A DNA stretch of 63,877 nt, the filler included, from Octopus bimaculoides (taxonomy: Eukaryota): NCBI RefSeq assembly GCF_001194135.2. It is 4 parts of 4 records of this genome, joined end to end, with 100 filler letters (N's around TTAATTAATTAA, not from the genome) between each part and the next. Parts side by side here need not be neighbours in the genome. Positions count along the whole stretch, not along the records: positions 9,702 to 32,822 come from NC_068991.1; 3 more parts are not named here. One strand, 5' to 3'. A program made the position numbers and the translations under genes. The notes beneath the pieces are model-generated. The model saw only the letters and a program-made list of their open reading frames with translations, ran no database searches and was not told the DNA's origin. Numbering within the stretch: position 1 is the first letter of the stretch; each line of letters starts with the position of its first letter. Shown here piece by piece: positions 13,600 through 25,895 of the stretch.

Positions 13600-14560
13600 A
13601 CAGCTCGGTACCTCTGGAATTCTTCCTTTCAAGTTTCACTGTATGATTTCCTCGGGAACTAGACTTTCAAGTACCAAGAAATAATACTAAATAATATTTT
13701 TCCCGCAATATTGAGCTGCGAGATGATTTTGGAGAGACTGATGATCTTTGACACTGCCTTCTTTAGAAGCTAAACTTCAGCACACTTCCACATCCACTTC
13801 ATAATTCACCAGAGCCAGTAGAGTACCCTTAGGCAGTTCTTGTAAAACTTGTAAGGTATCCAACTTGGATCTTGGGCTGAACCTGCTTTTACTGTCTTGA
13901 ACACTCACTGTACCTCTTTCCATTTGAGCTCCTTTCCACCAAATTCTAAAGCTGGTGCAGGCAAATTGATCAAGACTTGCAGTAGCCCGGTTCTTGGTCC
14001 CTAAATTAATAACTGAAGATACCTACATTTATGTGACTGTCGATCTCACTTCTTCAGCAGATGAGTTGGCCGCTACATTCTTGCTCCTCTAGCTGTTTCG
14101 TAAATACCCATGGGTTTACTAGGAAAACACATTGCTTTCTGGCTCTTCCCTTTCATCGTTAGCTGTATTGCTCATCTCTCTTCAAAGTCATCGGCTTCTA
14201 GTTGAGGATACCTTACAGCTTCGTGAGAGGCTGTGTCTCCTTCTTCCTGCCTTGAACTGCCGTCTAAAGTCCCTCAGTTCCTGCCTTGCCTGGCAGATCT
14301 CACTTGTGGTTCTGGTTCTCATGGGGTAAAGAAGTTTCACTGCTTTATTCTCTTCCAGCTTGAAACTTTCAGGTGCTAAAGAAATAATGATGGTGACCAT
14401 TGTGTAGGTGCCGATCAGTATTAATATTGGCCGTTTCTTCCAAACTGGAATAAAATTAGAGCCACTGCTTCTTCGTGCGAGCTTGGGGGTATTTTTCCCG
14501 ACAATGCTCCATTACTTTGTGCAGGTCTGGGATTTGCGATTTCTGGAAGTACAAGAGCTT
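13600..14560 (-). mobile_element. Degenerate REL-type non-LTR element (HERO/NeSL-like) fragment
   Basis: Minus translation KAGSAQDPSWIPYKFYKNCLRVLYWLW resembles the SAPGPxGIPYKVYKxCP pre-RT motif; RQELRDFRRQFK. Clade assignment from memory. Confidence 0.5.
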
Positions 14561-14599
14561 TCATTCGGCACCGTGTCTGGCTTTGTCTGTCTCTCCTTC

Positions 14600-14637
<38 letters not shown>

Positions 14638-14842
14638 NNNNNNNNNNNNNNNNNNNNNNNNNNNNNNNNNNNNNNNNNNNNNNNNNNNNNNNNNNNNNNN
14701 NNNNNNNNNNNNNNNNNNNNNNNNNNNNNNNNNNNNNNNNNNNNNNNNNNNNNNNNNNNNNNNNNNNNNNNNNNNNNNNNNNNNNNNNNNNNNNNNNNNN
14801 NNNNNNNNNNNNNNNNNNNNNNNNNNNNNNNNNNNNNNNNNN

Positions 14843-15395
14843 GAAGTCTGGGGAGTTAGGTGGCCAGAGATTAGGGGTGTTGTGGTCGCAGAAATTGTCT
14901 GACAACCATGATTGGGTTCTCTTGTTTGTGTGTCATGGTGCAGAGTCCTGTTGCTAGACATAGGGTCTTCCAGAAGCCACCTCCTTGACCCAGAGCAGCA
15001 TCTCCTCCTCCAAGCACTCGATGTAGGCTTCCGTGTTGAGTCTGAGGTTGTGTGGGAAGATGAATGGAGATATAACGTCGCGATCACAAGTGATCACTCC
15101 AAACACCATGATGTTGAATAGATGTTTGATTTTTATCACTTTCGGTACATGTCCTCAGATTGACACCCAAACACTCTGAAATGTTCGTATTGGAGCTTCC
15201 GGCGCAAATACCAAGCAGTACAGAATGTAGTTTTCACATTTCTGACTAAGGGAATTACGTCATAGTTTCTGTTTTTCTCACAGACGATGTCCAACTGAAC
15301 CTACTGTACTGTGTAGTCGACAAAATCAAAACCAAACAATGCGCATGCACGAAATTAAAAATATAAAATGGCGAGAATTTATTCATCGCACCCTG
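14843..15395 (-). mobile_element. Tc1/mariner transposase fragment with one terminal repeat
   Basis: MVFGVITCD..SPFIF..LRLNTEAYIECLEE and LSDNFCDHNTPNLWPPNSPD; terminus TA-CAGGGTG on the minus strand near 15395. Confidence 0.75.
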
Positions 15396-15403
15396 TATAT
15401 ATA

Positions 15404-16323
15404 CAGAGCGTTTCAAAAAGAATGACCCAATTTAAACATATTTTTGAAACTACGGGCATCCAGCGATTGAAAGGTGTGTGGCTGAAATTGGCTTGGTCTA
15501 CAGTTTTAGTCGATCCGCGCCTTAATCTTCAATTAAAGCATTTTCCATTCTATAGTTAAGCAAGAGTCAATTAGTGATTTCAATTCCACGTGCGTTTCGT
15601 AACCGTTTTGGTGTTAATCCACCACTGGATGTTTGTGCAAGGGGAAAAATTCAGGTCGACCATGCTTTTCTGAGTAAAATGTGCGAAGAATTCAACAGGC
15701 GTTTGCGCGAAGCTCGAGTACGTCTACTTGCCATGCTAGCAGAGAACTTGCATTACCTCACACAACTGTGTGGTGTGTGTTAAGGCAACGTTTGACCATG
15801 AAGCCATATAAATTACAAATTGTACAAACTCTTCTTAGAGGACATAGAAGATGACAGTATTTTGCCGTGATTGATATTTAGTGATGAAGCTACTTTTCAT
15901 CTAAGCAGTAAAGTTAACTGCGCTAACGTGCGCATGTGGGGACTCCAGAATCCCCATGAAATCGTAGAGCATGAATGAAACCAAAAGTTAACATTTTTTG
16001 TGCGCCTTCACAAACCAAGATTTATGACCCGTACTTTTTTGAGGAGATACGTTAAGGAATATGTTTTTGTTCCTCCTTTAACTCGTGATCTTGATGAGCT
16101 TAAAAATAGAATAGCAGCAGCAACTGCTTCAATCGACGAAGACACTTTGCAAAGTGCTTCGTATGCATTTTGCTATCACCTTGATGTCATCCGTGTGTGG
16201 CTGGTGGAGGGCACATAGAAGTTTGTAATAATTTTGTATTTTGTACTCTGTTTCATTTGTGTAAAGCATTTTCTTCAATAAATATGGCAGTTTAAACTCG
16301 GTTATTATTTTTGAAACAGCCTG
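15404..16323 (+). mobile_element. Internally deleted Tc1/mariner element
   Basis: TA-flanked imperfect TIRs (CAGAGCGTTTCAAAAAGAATGACC / CAGGCTGTTTCAAAAATAATAACC); RAFRNRFGVNPP, FSDEATFHLS and YVKEYVFVPPLTRDLDELKNRI. Confidence 0.85.
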
Positions 16324-16509
16324 TATATACACATACACATATGCATATGTCCAAAAGGGTTTTCAACCCAATATTTACATGCTAATATTAATAGCTTTAT
16401 CTGTGTGCTTCGAGAATTACAAAAAGCATAAAAAAGAATTATTTCATGGTTTCTCGAATGTTTATACAAATTTTATGATGTCAGAAACACACACACACAC
16501 ACACACACG

Positions 16510-16570
<61 letters not shown>

Positions 16571-17536
16571 GCATGTGTGTGTGTGTACATACACACACAT
16601 ACACACACACGCACAGACACATCTACTATGATAAAAACGAAAATCTGTGTCNNNNNNNNNNNNNNNNNNNNNNNNNNNNNNNNNNNNNNNNNNNNNNNNN
16701 NNNNNNNNNNNNNNNNNNNNNNNNNNNNNNNNNNNNNNNNNNNNNNNNNNNNNNNNNNNNNNNNNNNNNNNNNNNNNNNNNNNNNNNNNNNNNNNNNNNN
16801 NNNNNNNNNNNNNNNNNNNNNNNNNNNNNNNNNNNNNNNNNNNNNNNNNNNNNNNNNNNNNNNNNNNNNNNNNNNNNNNNNNNNNNNNNNNNNNNNNNNN
16901 NNNNNNNNNNNNNNNNNNNNNNNNNNNNNNNNNNNNNNNNNNNNNNNNNNNNNNNNNNNNNNNNNNNNNNNNNNNNNNNNNNNNNNNNNNNNNNNNNNNN
17001 NNNNNNNNNNNNNNNNNNNNNNNNNNNNNNNNNNNNNNNNNNNNNNNNNNNNNNNNNNNNNNNNNNNNNNNNNNNNNNNNNNNNNNNNNNNNNNNNNNNN
17101 NNNNNNNNNNNNNNNNNNNNNNNNNNNNNNNNNNNNNNNNNNNNNNNNNNNNNNNNNNNNNNNNNNNNNNNNNNNNNNNNNNNNNNNNNNNNNNNNNNNN
17201 NNNNNNNNNNNNNNNNNNNNNNNNNNNNNNNNNNNNNNNNNNNNNNNNNNNNNNNNNNNNNNNNNNNNNNNNNNNNNNNNNNNNNNNNNNNNNNNNNNNN
17301 NNNNNNNNNNNNNNNNNNNNNNNNNNNNNNNNNNNNNNNNNNNNNNNNNNNNNNNNNNNNNNNNNNNNNNNNNNNNNNNNNNNNNNNNNNNNNNNNNNNN
17401 NNNNNNNNNNNNNNNNNNNNNNNNNNNNNNNNNNNNNNNNNNNNNNNNNNNNNNNNNNNNNNNNNNNNNNNNNNNNNNNNNNNNNNNNNNNNNNNNNNNN
17501 NNNNNNNNNNNNNNATACAGATATACATACATAATT

Positions 17537-17895
17537 GTTGTTGGCACTCCGTCGCCTACGACGTCGAGGGTTCCAGTTGATCCGATCAACGGAACAGCCT
17601 GCTCGTGAAATTAACGTGCAAGTGGCTGAGCACTCCACAGACACGTGTATCCTTAACGTAGTTCTCGGGGATATTCAGCGTGACACAGTGTGACAAGGCT
17701 GACCCTTTGAATTACAGGCACAACAATAAGAAAGAGTGAGAGAAAGTTGTGGTGAAAGAGTACAGTAGGGTTCGCCACCATCCCCTGCCAGAGCCTCGTG
17801 GAGCTTTAGGTGTTTTCGCTCAATAAACACTCACAACGTCCGGTCTGGGAATCGAAACCGCGATCTTATGACCGTGTGTCCGCTGCCCTAACCAC
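17537..17895. mobile_element. Interspersed SINE-like repeat (second copy ~57910-58220)
   Basis: Shared CGACG..GAGGGTTCCAGTTGATCCGATCAACGGAACAGCCTGCTCGTG...TATCCTTAACGTAGTTCTC between the two loci. Confidence 0.7.
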
Positions 17896-18673
17896 TGGGC
17901 TATTGCGCCTCCACATACATAATACATACATACGTACGTCCGTCCGTCTATCCATCCACCCATCCATCCATCCATTCACCTATACATACACACATACGTA
18001 CACATACATACATACATTCATATACACATATCATGCGTGTCGGCGACTTGGTATCACGTGTGATCACATTGTGTGCGATGCAGTGCTCCTCATCTAGCAT
18101 GGGCCCATGATAATGAACATATACACCCATAGGTATAGACTAAGACTGCTCCTCCTAGACATGGATGTTACACTAAAGAAGCATGGGATTATGCAAGGGA
18201 TCGACTCATCAAAACTACTTGTTGAAGACACCCAAAGACTGGGAAATCATGAAAGCGGTGATATATATATTAATGCCGCCGACACACATGATACCTCTAC
18301 TGGCTTCAAGGAAAGATTCACCTACTGAACATGGTAACAAGAATTTCGAGTTTTGCTTTCACTGGAAAAAAAAATCGAGCGCGGAAAAGTACGAAGATAT
18401 CAAATGTTTTAGTGACAAACGCTATTGCGACGCAAATGGCATTCTGTAAACATTTGAAGTCGTTTAACTGACAAAAGAAAAAAAATAAATAAATAAAATT
18501 AAAATGTTAAGCAAAGAGTCAAAGAACTACAAAACACAGTAGGTTTCTAATAAGAATGTGCATTTATGTGCATATGTAAATGCACACACACATCCACATG
18601 TACATATATACACATACACCTTAACTTATTCACATGCAAGCAGACACATTTATGCTTATATACTTAAGCAAAT

Positions 18674-18714
<41 letters not shown>

Positions 18715-19069
18715 CATACACACATCTATATATATGAGTAAAAAACAGAATCATATATGTATATGTATATATGTATGTGTATATGTACATAGAGAGAGAG
18801 AGAGAGAGAAGAGAGAGAGATAGAGAGAGAGGGAGAGAGATAGAGAGATAGAGAGAGAGAGAGAGACAGACAGACAGTCTGAAGAACTGTCCATTAGGTT
18901 TTGGCTTGTAACTCTGTATAAAATTTGGTAACTCTATATATATGTTTATATATAAGAGTGTATAAATCTTTATACACTCTTATTATATAAAAATATGTTG
19001 TCTTGACTTTTATTACGCATGCGAAGCACGAGTAATAAATTATTCTAATTTTTTACCCCCACAATTTAC

Positions 19070-19115
<46 letters not shown>

Positions 19116-19807
19116 NNNNNNNNNNNNNNNNNNNNNNNNNNNNNNNNNNNNNNNNNNNNNNNNNNNNNNNNNNNNNNNNNNNNNNNNNNNNNNNNNNNNN
19201 NNNNNNNNNNNNNNNNNNNNNNNNNNNNNNNNNNNNNNNNNNNNNNNNNNNNNNNNNNNNNNNNNNNNNNNNNNNNNNNNNNNNNNNNNNNNNNNNNNNN
19301 NNNNNNNNNNNNNNNNNNNNNNNNNNNNNNNNNNNNNNNNNNNNNNNNNNNNNNNNNNNNNNNNNNNNNNNNNNNNNNNNNNNNNNNNNNNNNNNNNNNN
19401 NNNNNNNNNNNNNNNNNNNNNNNNNNNNNNNNNNNNNNNNNNNNNNNNNNNNNNNNNNNNNNNNNNNNNNNNNNNNNNNNNNNNNNNNNNNNNNNNNNNN
19501 NNNNNNNNNNNNNNNNNNNNNNNNNNNNNNNNNNNNNNNNNNNNNNNNNNNNNNNNNNNNNNNNNNNNNNNNNNNNNNNNNNNNNNNNNNNNNNNNNNNN
19601 NNNNNNNNNNNNNNNNNNNNNNNNNNNNNNNNNNNNNNNNNNNNNNNNNNNNNNNNNNNNNNNNNNNNNNNNNNNNNNNNNNNNNNNNNNNNNNNNNNNN
19701 NNNNNNNNNNNNNNNNNNNNNNNNNNNNNNNNNNNNNNNNNNNNNNNNNNNNNNNNNNNNNNNNNNNNNNNNNNNNNNNNNNNNNNNNNNNNNNNNNNNN
19801 NNNNNNN

Positions 19808-19852
<45 letters not shown>

Positions 19853-20199
19853 TGCGTCAGTTGTTTGAGGTCAAATTGTATGAACTTAGAAGAAAAACGC
19901 ATAGCTCTACAAAGAAATAAGCTGTATTTGAAAACAAATTGGTACAAATTGGTACAAAAGCCTTTAACTGCACCTATTCGAAGAATACACCATTAGCATC
20001 AATAGCTGTTTCAATACGATACGGTGTTGGAAGCACAGACATTCCTCAACCAGATGAATCATATCAATTTTAGACTCAATGCTGGTTACGGCGGACTTGA
20101 GAGATTTTATGGTATTAGGGGGCATTATTACTAGTCTAATGGATTGAGGTCTGGTGAGCTAGGAGATCAGGTGTCTGGGAGAACATGGTCATGGATATT

Positions 20200-20230
20200 T
20201 AATGACGATGATGGTAATGATAATGTTGAC

Positions 20231-20285
<55 letters not shown>

Positions 20286-20352
20286 ATGGTGGTGGTAGTA
20301 ATGATGGTGATAATGATGATGATGGTGGTGGTGGGGGGCATGATGATGATGG
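20200..20352. repeat. (GAT)n/(GGT)n triplet tract
   Basis: Direct reading. Confidence 0.9.
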
Positions 20353-20545
20353 TGATACAAAACAAACTGGTAGGAGAAAGTTTAGCAAATTTTGTTTTAG
20401 TTATATATGTATTGCCCTTAGTAAGAAAGGAGGAAATACGATGATCAGATGAAAACCTGTAGTTTGAAACGCAACAGCGAGGAGTAAGTGGCCAGTAGCT
20501 AAAGCTACGGTCCACAGTTTTGACACCAAGTTCCATCGGCTACAT

Positions 20546-20793
20546 AAGTGTTTCTCAAACATGGTCTATATGACCCTTGGGGGCCCGTATGTTTTTTTGT
20601 TAAAATTTATCTGCAATAAATTGCTAATACTTCTACAATGCACAAAATATTTTAATTTTTTTACACAATTCCTAATATTTCATTATAAAAATACAGTAGG
20701 ATTTTTTAAACATCGAATGGCTATGGAAGTCCAGTAGAGCTAAATAGGAATCAAAAGGGGTCCATAGATTTAAAAAATGGTTGAGAACCACTG
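20546..20793. mobile_element. hAT (Charlie-like) MITE
   Basis: Ends AAGTGTTTCTCAAAC / GGTTGAGAACCACTG; 8-bp flanking duplication GGCTACAT / GACTACAT. Confidence 0.75.
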
Positions 20794-20810
20794 GACTACA
20801 TAAAGAAATT

Positions 20811-21123
20811 GGTACTACTAAAGCAGAGTGGTCCCGAACGCGCAGTCGCGCGTCCGCACTAGCTAGTCGTGAGTGGTCGATCCTAACCCTAACCCTATCC
20901 CTAACCATAACCCTAACCCTAACCATAACCCTAACCCTATCCCTAACTCTAACCCTATCCCTAACCCTAACCCTAACCCTATCCCTAACCCTAACCCTAA
21001 CCCTAAATACATGTATTCATTTGCACGCGCGCACTTTTTGTAAGATCGACCACTCACGACTAGCTAGCGCGGACGCGCGACTGCGCGGGTGCACGTTCGG
21101 GATCACTCTGCTTTGGTAGTACC
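20811..21123 (+). mobile_element. Telomeric-repeat-carrying MITE, copy A (Merlin-like)
   Basis: TIR GGTACTACTAAAGCAGAGTGGTCCCGAACG... (~20811-20885 and ~21041-21123); 21 CCCTAA-type hexamers at 20881-21006; 6-bp flanking duplication GAAATT. Confidence 0.88.
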
Positions 21124-21446
21124 GAAATTAACATGACATTGTGTGCAGTGCAGTGTGGTTCGACTGCACTCGCTGCAATGAATTCGGGTCAGGATTACAA
21201 ACGATTGACTGACCGATCGAGATTAACGAACACCATCATCCAGCAAATGTTCGGCTATGTTTATAAGATCTGATAATGAGTATGGGCAAATACTTGTTAA
21301 TGAGTCGCTAGCATCGAGGATATCCGTAATAAAAGGAAGATACGGCTATGACAGCATCACATAGTCTTATTTGGTCATAGCGTAAATGTTGCCAAAAGAA
21401 CAAGCTAATACTCAGATCGTTGGGTGTTACAAGTGGTTAGAAAAGC

Positions 21447-22122
21447 GGTTCTACTTGAAAACAAAGGTCCCACTTAAATACAGAGGTCCCGACGCATCTA
21501 CGTAACGATATAAAGGGGGGGTTGGGAAATCTAGTTTTACCAAAACTACTGTGACTTCACATAAGCCCTAGATATATTTCATGTTAGAACTATTGCAAAC
21601 AATCCGGAGAAGTTGGTAGATTTTTTTCAAAAGTCATGGTATGTTACGTACAAAGCATTTCAAATGTACGCTGTGGGGACGTGTCATGACACTTATTGCT
21701 GATACAAGAAATGATCACGATATCATACAATGGGTGAAGGGTGCACACCACCTAACCCTAAAACTAACACTAACCCTAAAAACTAACCTTAAAACTAACC
21801 CTAAAACTAACCCTAAAAACTAACCCTAAAACTAACCCTAACCTTAGCCCTAAAAACTAACCTTAAAACTAAACCTAAAAACTGGCACTAAAACTAACCC
21901 TAAAAATTAACCTAAAACTAACCCTAACCCTAACCCTAACGAGTGTGCACTGTAAAAACATCAGATTAAATACAGACAATATTGTAGGGAAAAAGATCGG
22001 AGTAAAAACAGACGATATTGTGGGGGCCCTAACATCAGTAAAAGTAGCTTTGATCAAACTAGATTACCTCCCCTTCATATCGTTACGTAGATGTATTGGG
22101 ACCTCTGTATTTAAGTAGTGTC
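21447..22122 (+). mobile_element. Older Merlin-like deletion derivative with transposase remnant and degenerate telomere-like array
   Basis: ~80-bp imperfect TIRs; termini similar to the MITE TIR; coding remnant from 21581 (MLELLQ..NNPEKLVDFF/KSHGMLRTKHFKCTLWGRVMTL..QW); CCCTAA(A)n array at ~21750-21938. Confidence 0.65.
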
Positions 22123-22934
22123 TATAAACCTTCTTCACCACGGCTAATGATTCCAAGTCTATACATCACATCCAGTGGTCTTACAGCGGGCTAATTCACA
22201 ATCTTGAGTTTTTCTGTTTCACAGCCACTATTTGCCAGACAGATATTAAACCGATGCTGATTTAATCTATACTTATGATGGATATTCCTTTTGTCTTGCT
22301 GGGTTCCTGGCAATCTTCCTCACAAGGCCTTTTATCATATGTATTTTCAATGTGACTTTTCATATAAACGGCTTCTCATACAATAAGTTTGTAAATATAT
22401 TTTATATAATGTTTTTTTTTATTTTCTCCCATCCTAACGCAACTAGCATCTCTCCCTTAATTAGTTATTTATTTAGAAAATTTATTCATATAAACACCGT
22501 TTAACCCTAACCCTCATATGTATATATGTTTGTATGTATGTCATTATTCAGTTTATTTCAAGATTTGTTGTTTATAGAGAAAGAACCGGTTTCTAACCTA
22601 GATCTAAGGTTCCTTCATTGCAATTTCAACATCAACAACAGGGTATGTATGTATGTATTTATGTATGTATGGTTTATGTATGTATTCTCATGCAGAGTTA
22701 CATATCTAGACATGCTCATATATATTTAAATGATAAACTTTTGGAAAGTTTTACAAATCCAGTGATGGATTGGATCTGTAGCCTTCGAATTAGTTTTCTC
22801 TTTTCTGGTTTTGAGAAGCTAATTTCCAAACTGTGCACAGTTTTTCTTCTCTATCCCAGATCATTATATCAGGTCTGTTGTGTTTACATTTTATTGAGGT
22901 TTTCACGGGTACATTCCACCAATATTCCTTTTCA

Positions 22935-23252
22935 GGTATTACTAAAGCAGAGTGGTCCCGAACGCGCACCCGCGCAGTCGCGCGTCCGCGATAGCTAGTC
23001 GTGAGGGTCGATCCTACAAAAAGTGCGCGCGCGCGTGAATGCGCGTGTGCAAATGAATACATGTGTTTAGGGTTAGGGTTAGGGTTAGGGATAGGGTTAG
23101 GGTTAGGGTTAGGGATAGGGTTAGGGATAGGGTTAGGGTTAGGGTTAGGGTTAGGGATAGGGTTAGGGTTAGGATCGACCACTCACGACTAGCTAGCGCG
23201 GACGCGCGACTGCGCGACTGCGCGTTCGGGACCACTCTGCTTTAGTAGTACC
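22935..23252 (-). mobile_element. Telomeric-repeat-carrying MITE, copy B (reverse orientation)
   Basis: Same TIRs; 18 TTAGGG/ATAGGG units at 23067-23173; exact 8-bp target duplication CCTTTTCA (22927-22934, 23253-23260). Confidence 0.92.
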
Positions 23253-23267
23253 CCTTTTCATTATGAG

Positions 23268-23418
23268 TTCTTTACGTTCTGAATTCAAATACCACCGAGG
23301 TCGACTTTGCCTTTCAACCATTCAGGGTCGATAAATTAAGTACCAGTACAGGGGTCGGTCTAATTGACTGGCCCCCTCCCCAAAAATTTCGGGCCTTGTG
23401 CCTAGAGTAGAAAAGACT
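23268..23418 (+). mobile_element. 5'-truncated SINE with a 15-bp target duplication
   Basis: CCTTTTCATTATGAG at 23253-23267 and 23419-23433. Confidence 0.8.
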
Positions 23419-25895
23419 CCTTTTCATTATGAGAGGCTATGGCTTCTACCATATTGTAGATTTTTATTTCTTTGTCCTGGGGATTATCCTTCCAACAGAT
23501 TTCGTTATAATGTCCTAGCTACAACGTCATGTCTCATCGGTAGATAATACCATGATGACGTTTTCGGACAACTGCTTATGATGTGGGTGATATCTTCAGT
23601 GCGAACTCCATCAGTTGTCACCTTTTACGGCTTTTCCTGCATCTCTATCCCTTTTGTGCATCAGGTACTTGGTTGATATTTCCTGTTCCTGGATTGCAAA
23701 TGCATACCATTCAAAGTGGGAGATAATAATCTGGCTATTCGTCCATGATAAACTGCTTTGATGATCGATGTTACTATCATTTTATGGAGCTTTCTACCAA
23801 CATATCCATGCATAATCTTCTGTTCATATAGGCTCATCCTTTCATCTGATGATATGTTGTGGTAGAGTCGTGCGACTTCTTTGGGCACGTATTCTTGTCA
23901 TCAGACAAGGAGCTGCCTTCCAAGTCTTATGATGTTATCAGCTTCATGTATGCAAACTTGATCAAGGGATGCACTTCGTCGCTTGATGGTTGAAAGATGT
24001 TGCTGAAGATCCCTTCAGCAACCTGCGATATTCAAAGGCATTTTGGATGGATGTTAAGCCTCTGCCGCTTTGTTACGTTTTAAGTAGAAGTGGTCTACAT
24101 CATTGTTTATGTGGAAATTAATATAGTGATGAATTGATCTAATAGGCGAGGGAACTCCTTTATTCCCTCCGAACGCGAGACAATATGAAAAAAAGAAAAT
24201 CATATTTGAACATATGAACAATTCCTTTTGAAGGTACTCGGATATTAACAGAAATCCAAATAACAAAGGAAATTATTTGAGTTAACATTTTATAATTACA
24301 CTTCATTCATATTTTCTGATTTTTCTGTTAATGAATTGATAATGGATTAAATGATAACAACAACAGGTATACTTAAAATTTATCTTCGATTTAATAAGAT
24401 GGATGTTTAGTTGAGTATGTACATATTTATAAATAACTTTTAAAGACTTTTGAAGAATTTTAAAGAGTTAATGATATTAGTTACAGTATATTCGGAAACA
24501 ATAAATCTAAATATCCACGAATAGAATTATGAATTATAATACGAGTTCAGTTAAGCATAGAATATTGAAAACCATACATTTTATAATTTGAATATAACAT
24601 TTAGACAATGTGGTTGATCAGTAAATAATGTAAACCTATTTAACATCAATACATAATATTTAGTGTCCGGAATTTTGTTATTCCAAAATTATCAATAGAT
24701 ATTTACTTACAAATTGTGGAGTTTGGTCTTACAGGTTTGCGGTAAAAGTCAACAAACATCTCTACTATAATGTCACTTCTTAGAAGAACAAAAAATGTAA
24801 AACAAATAATCTTTCTTCTTGGCTTTTTTGTTTTCTTCGTTTAGATTAGACACACCTCAGCATATCAATTAACAGTGTTTTTTTAAGGTTATTTTCTGAT
24901 TCAAGTGCCGTTTTTTTCTGGAGTTTTCGAAGAAACTTCGCCATATATGTTAACTTTCCATTTTTATTTTTTAAAAAGTATTACGTTTGTATATTCGATC
25001 AAACGCTTTGAACGCCTTAACGGTTCAACCACGTCAAACCAATGTTCAAAGTAAGACGCCATAATCACACTGGAATTGCAGTCAAAGAACAATCTATAAA
25101 CGACTGATTCTTCAGTTGCATCGCAACAGTTGTTTTATTAAGGGAGAATTTATTTAAGATTTAAGTACAAAACTATGAACGATTATACTTTTAGATTTAA
25201 ATTTGATTTGCTGCACAAAATTTATTTACTTTTATTGATATATTTATATGTGAAATAATGTTTATCTTTCGAATACTTAACTTTATTGTCAAAATATTCT
25301 AACTGGTGATAGCTCTAGTTATTATAAAGAACATAAGACGAATATAAAAGATGTATACATCATTTACGCTGTACAGAAAATGGAGGGAACGACTTGGCGA
25401 CTCATTCCAGGTGTTTTAAATATTCCGTTTCATTTAACATTGTTAATACTTTCATTTCTTTCTGTGTGAGCTGATAAGTCGAAACCCTATTAATAATACT
25501 TCGTAGATTAAGCAAGAAATAGAAACATTTGATATCACACACTAGATAACATAAACAAAAGTATATATAAAAAAACAGTCAACTAATATTTATGGTTTAA
25601 TATAATTTGTTTTAAGCAGTTTAATAATTTATTCAAATTTTGATTCAAGGCCAGCAATTATAGGGAAATGGGTTAAGGGCGATCTTTCGATGCCAGTCCG
25701 AAATATCGGCCTTAAGGCGATCTTTCGATACCAGTCCGAAATATTGCCGGGTTAAGTTGATTACATCAACCATGGCGCTTAGCAGATAGTAATTTTACCA
25801 ACCCCAAAAGGATGAAAGACAAAACTGCCCTCTACGGGATTTAAGCTCAAGGCATTTTTATAAGGAAAGAATAGCATAATGACAAAGTATACCTA

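Larger units (their letters stand above)
22670..24220 (-). mobile_element. R4/Dong-like LINE fragment interrupted by MITE copy B and a SINE
   Basis: EYWWNVPVKTSIKCKHNRPDIMIWDREEKLC; 3' region aligns by eye with 59350-59500. Confidence 0.75.

Noticed and set aside
20881-21006. Telomeric tracts as a chromosome-fusion scar or telomerase healing site
   Set aside because: Each tract is enclosed by TIRs and a TSD, orientations alternate, and the variant pattern is shared between copies, so transposition explains them better.
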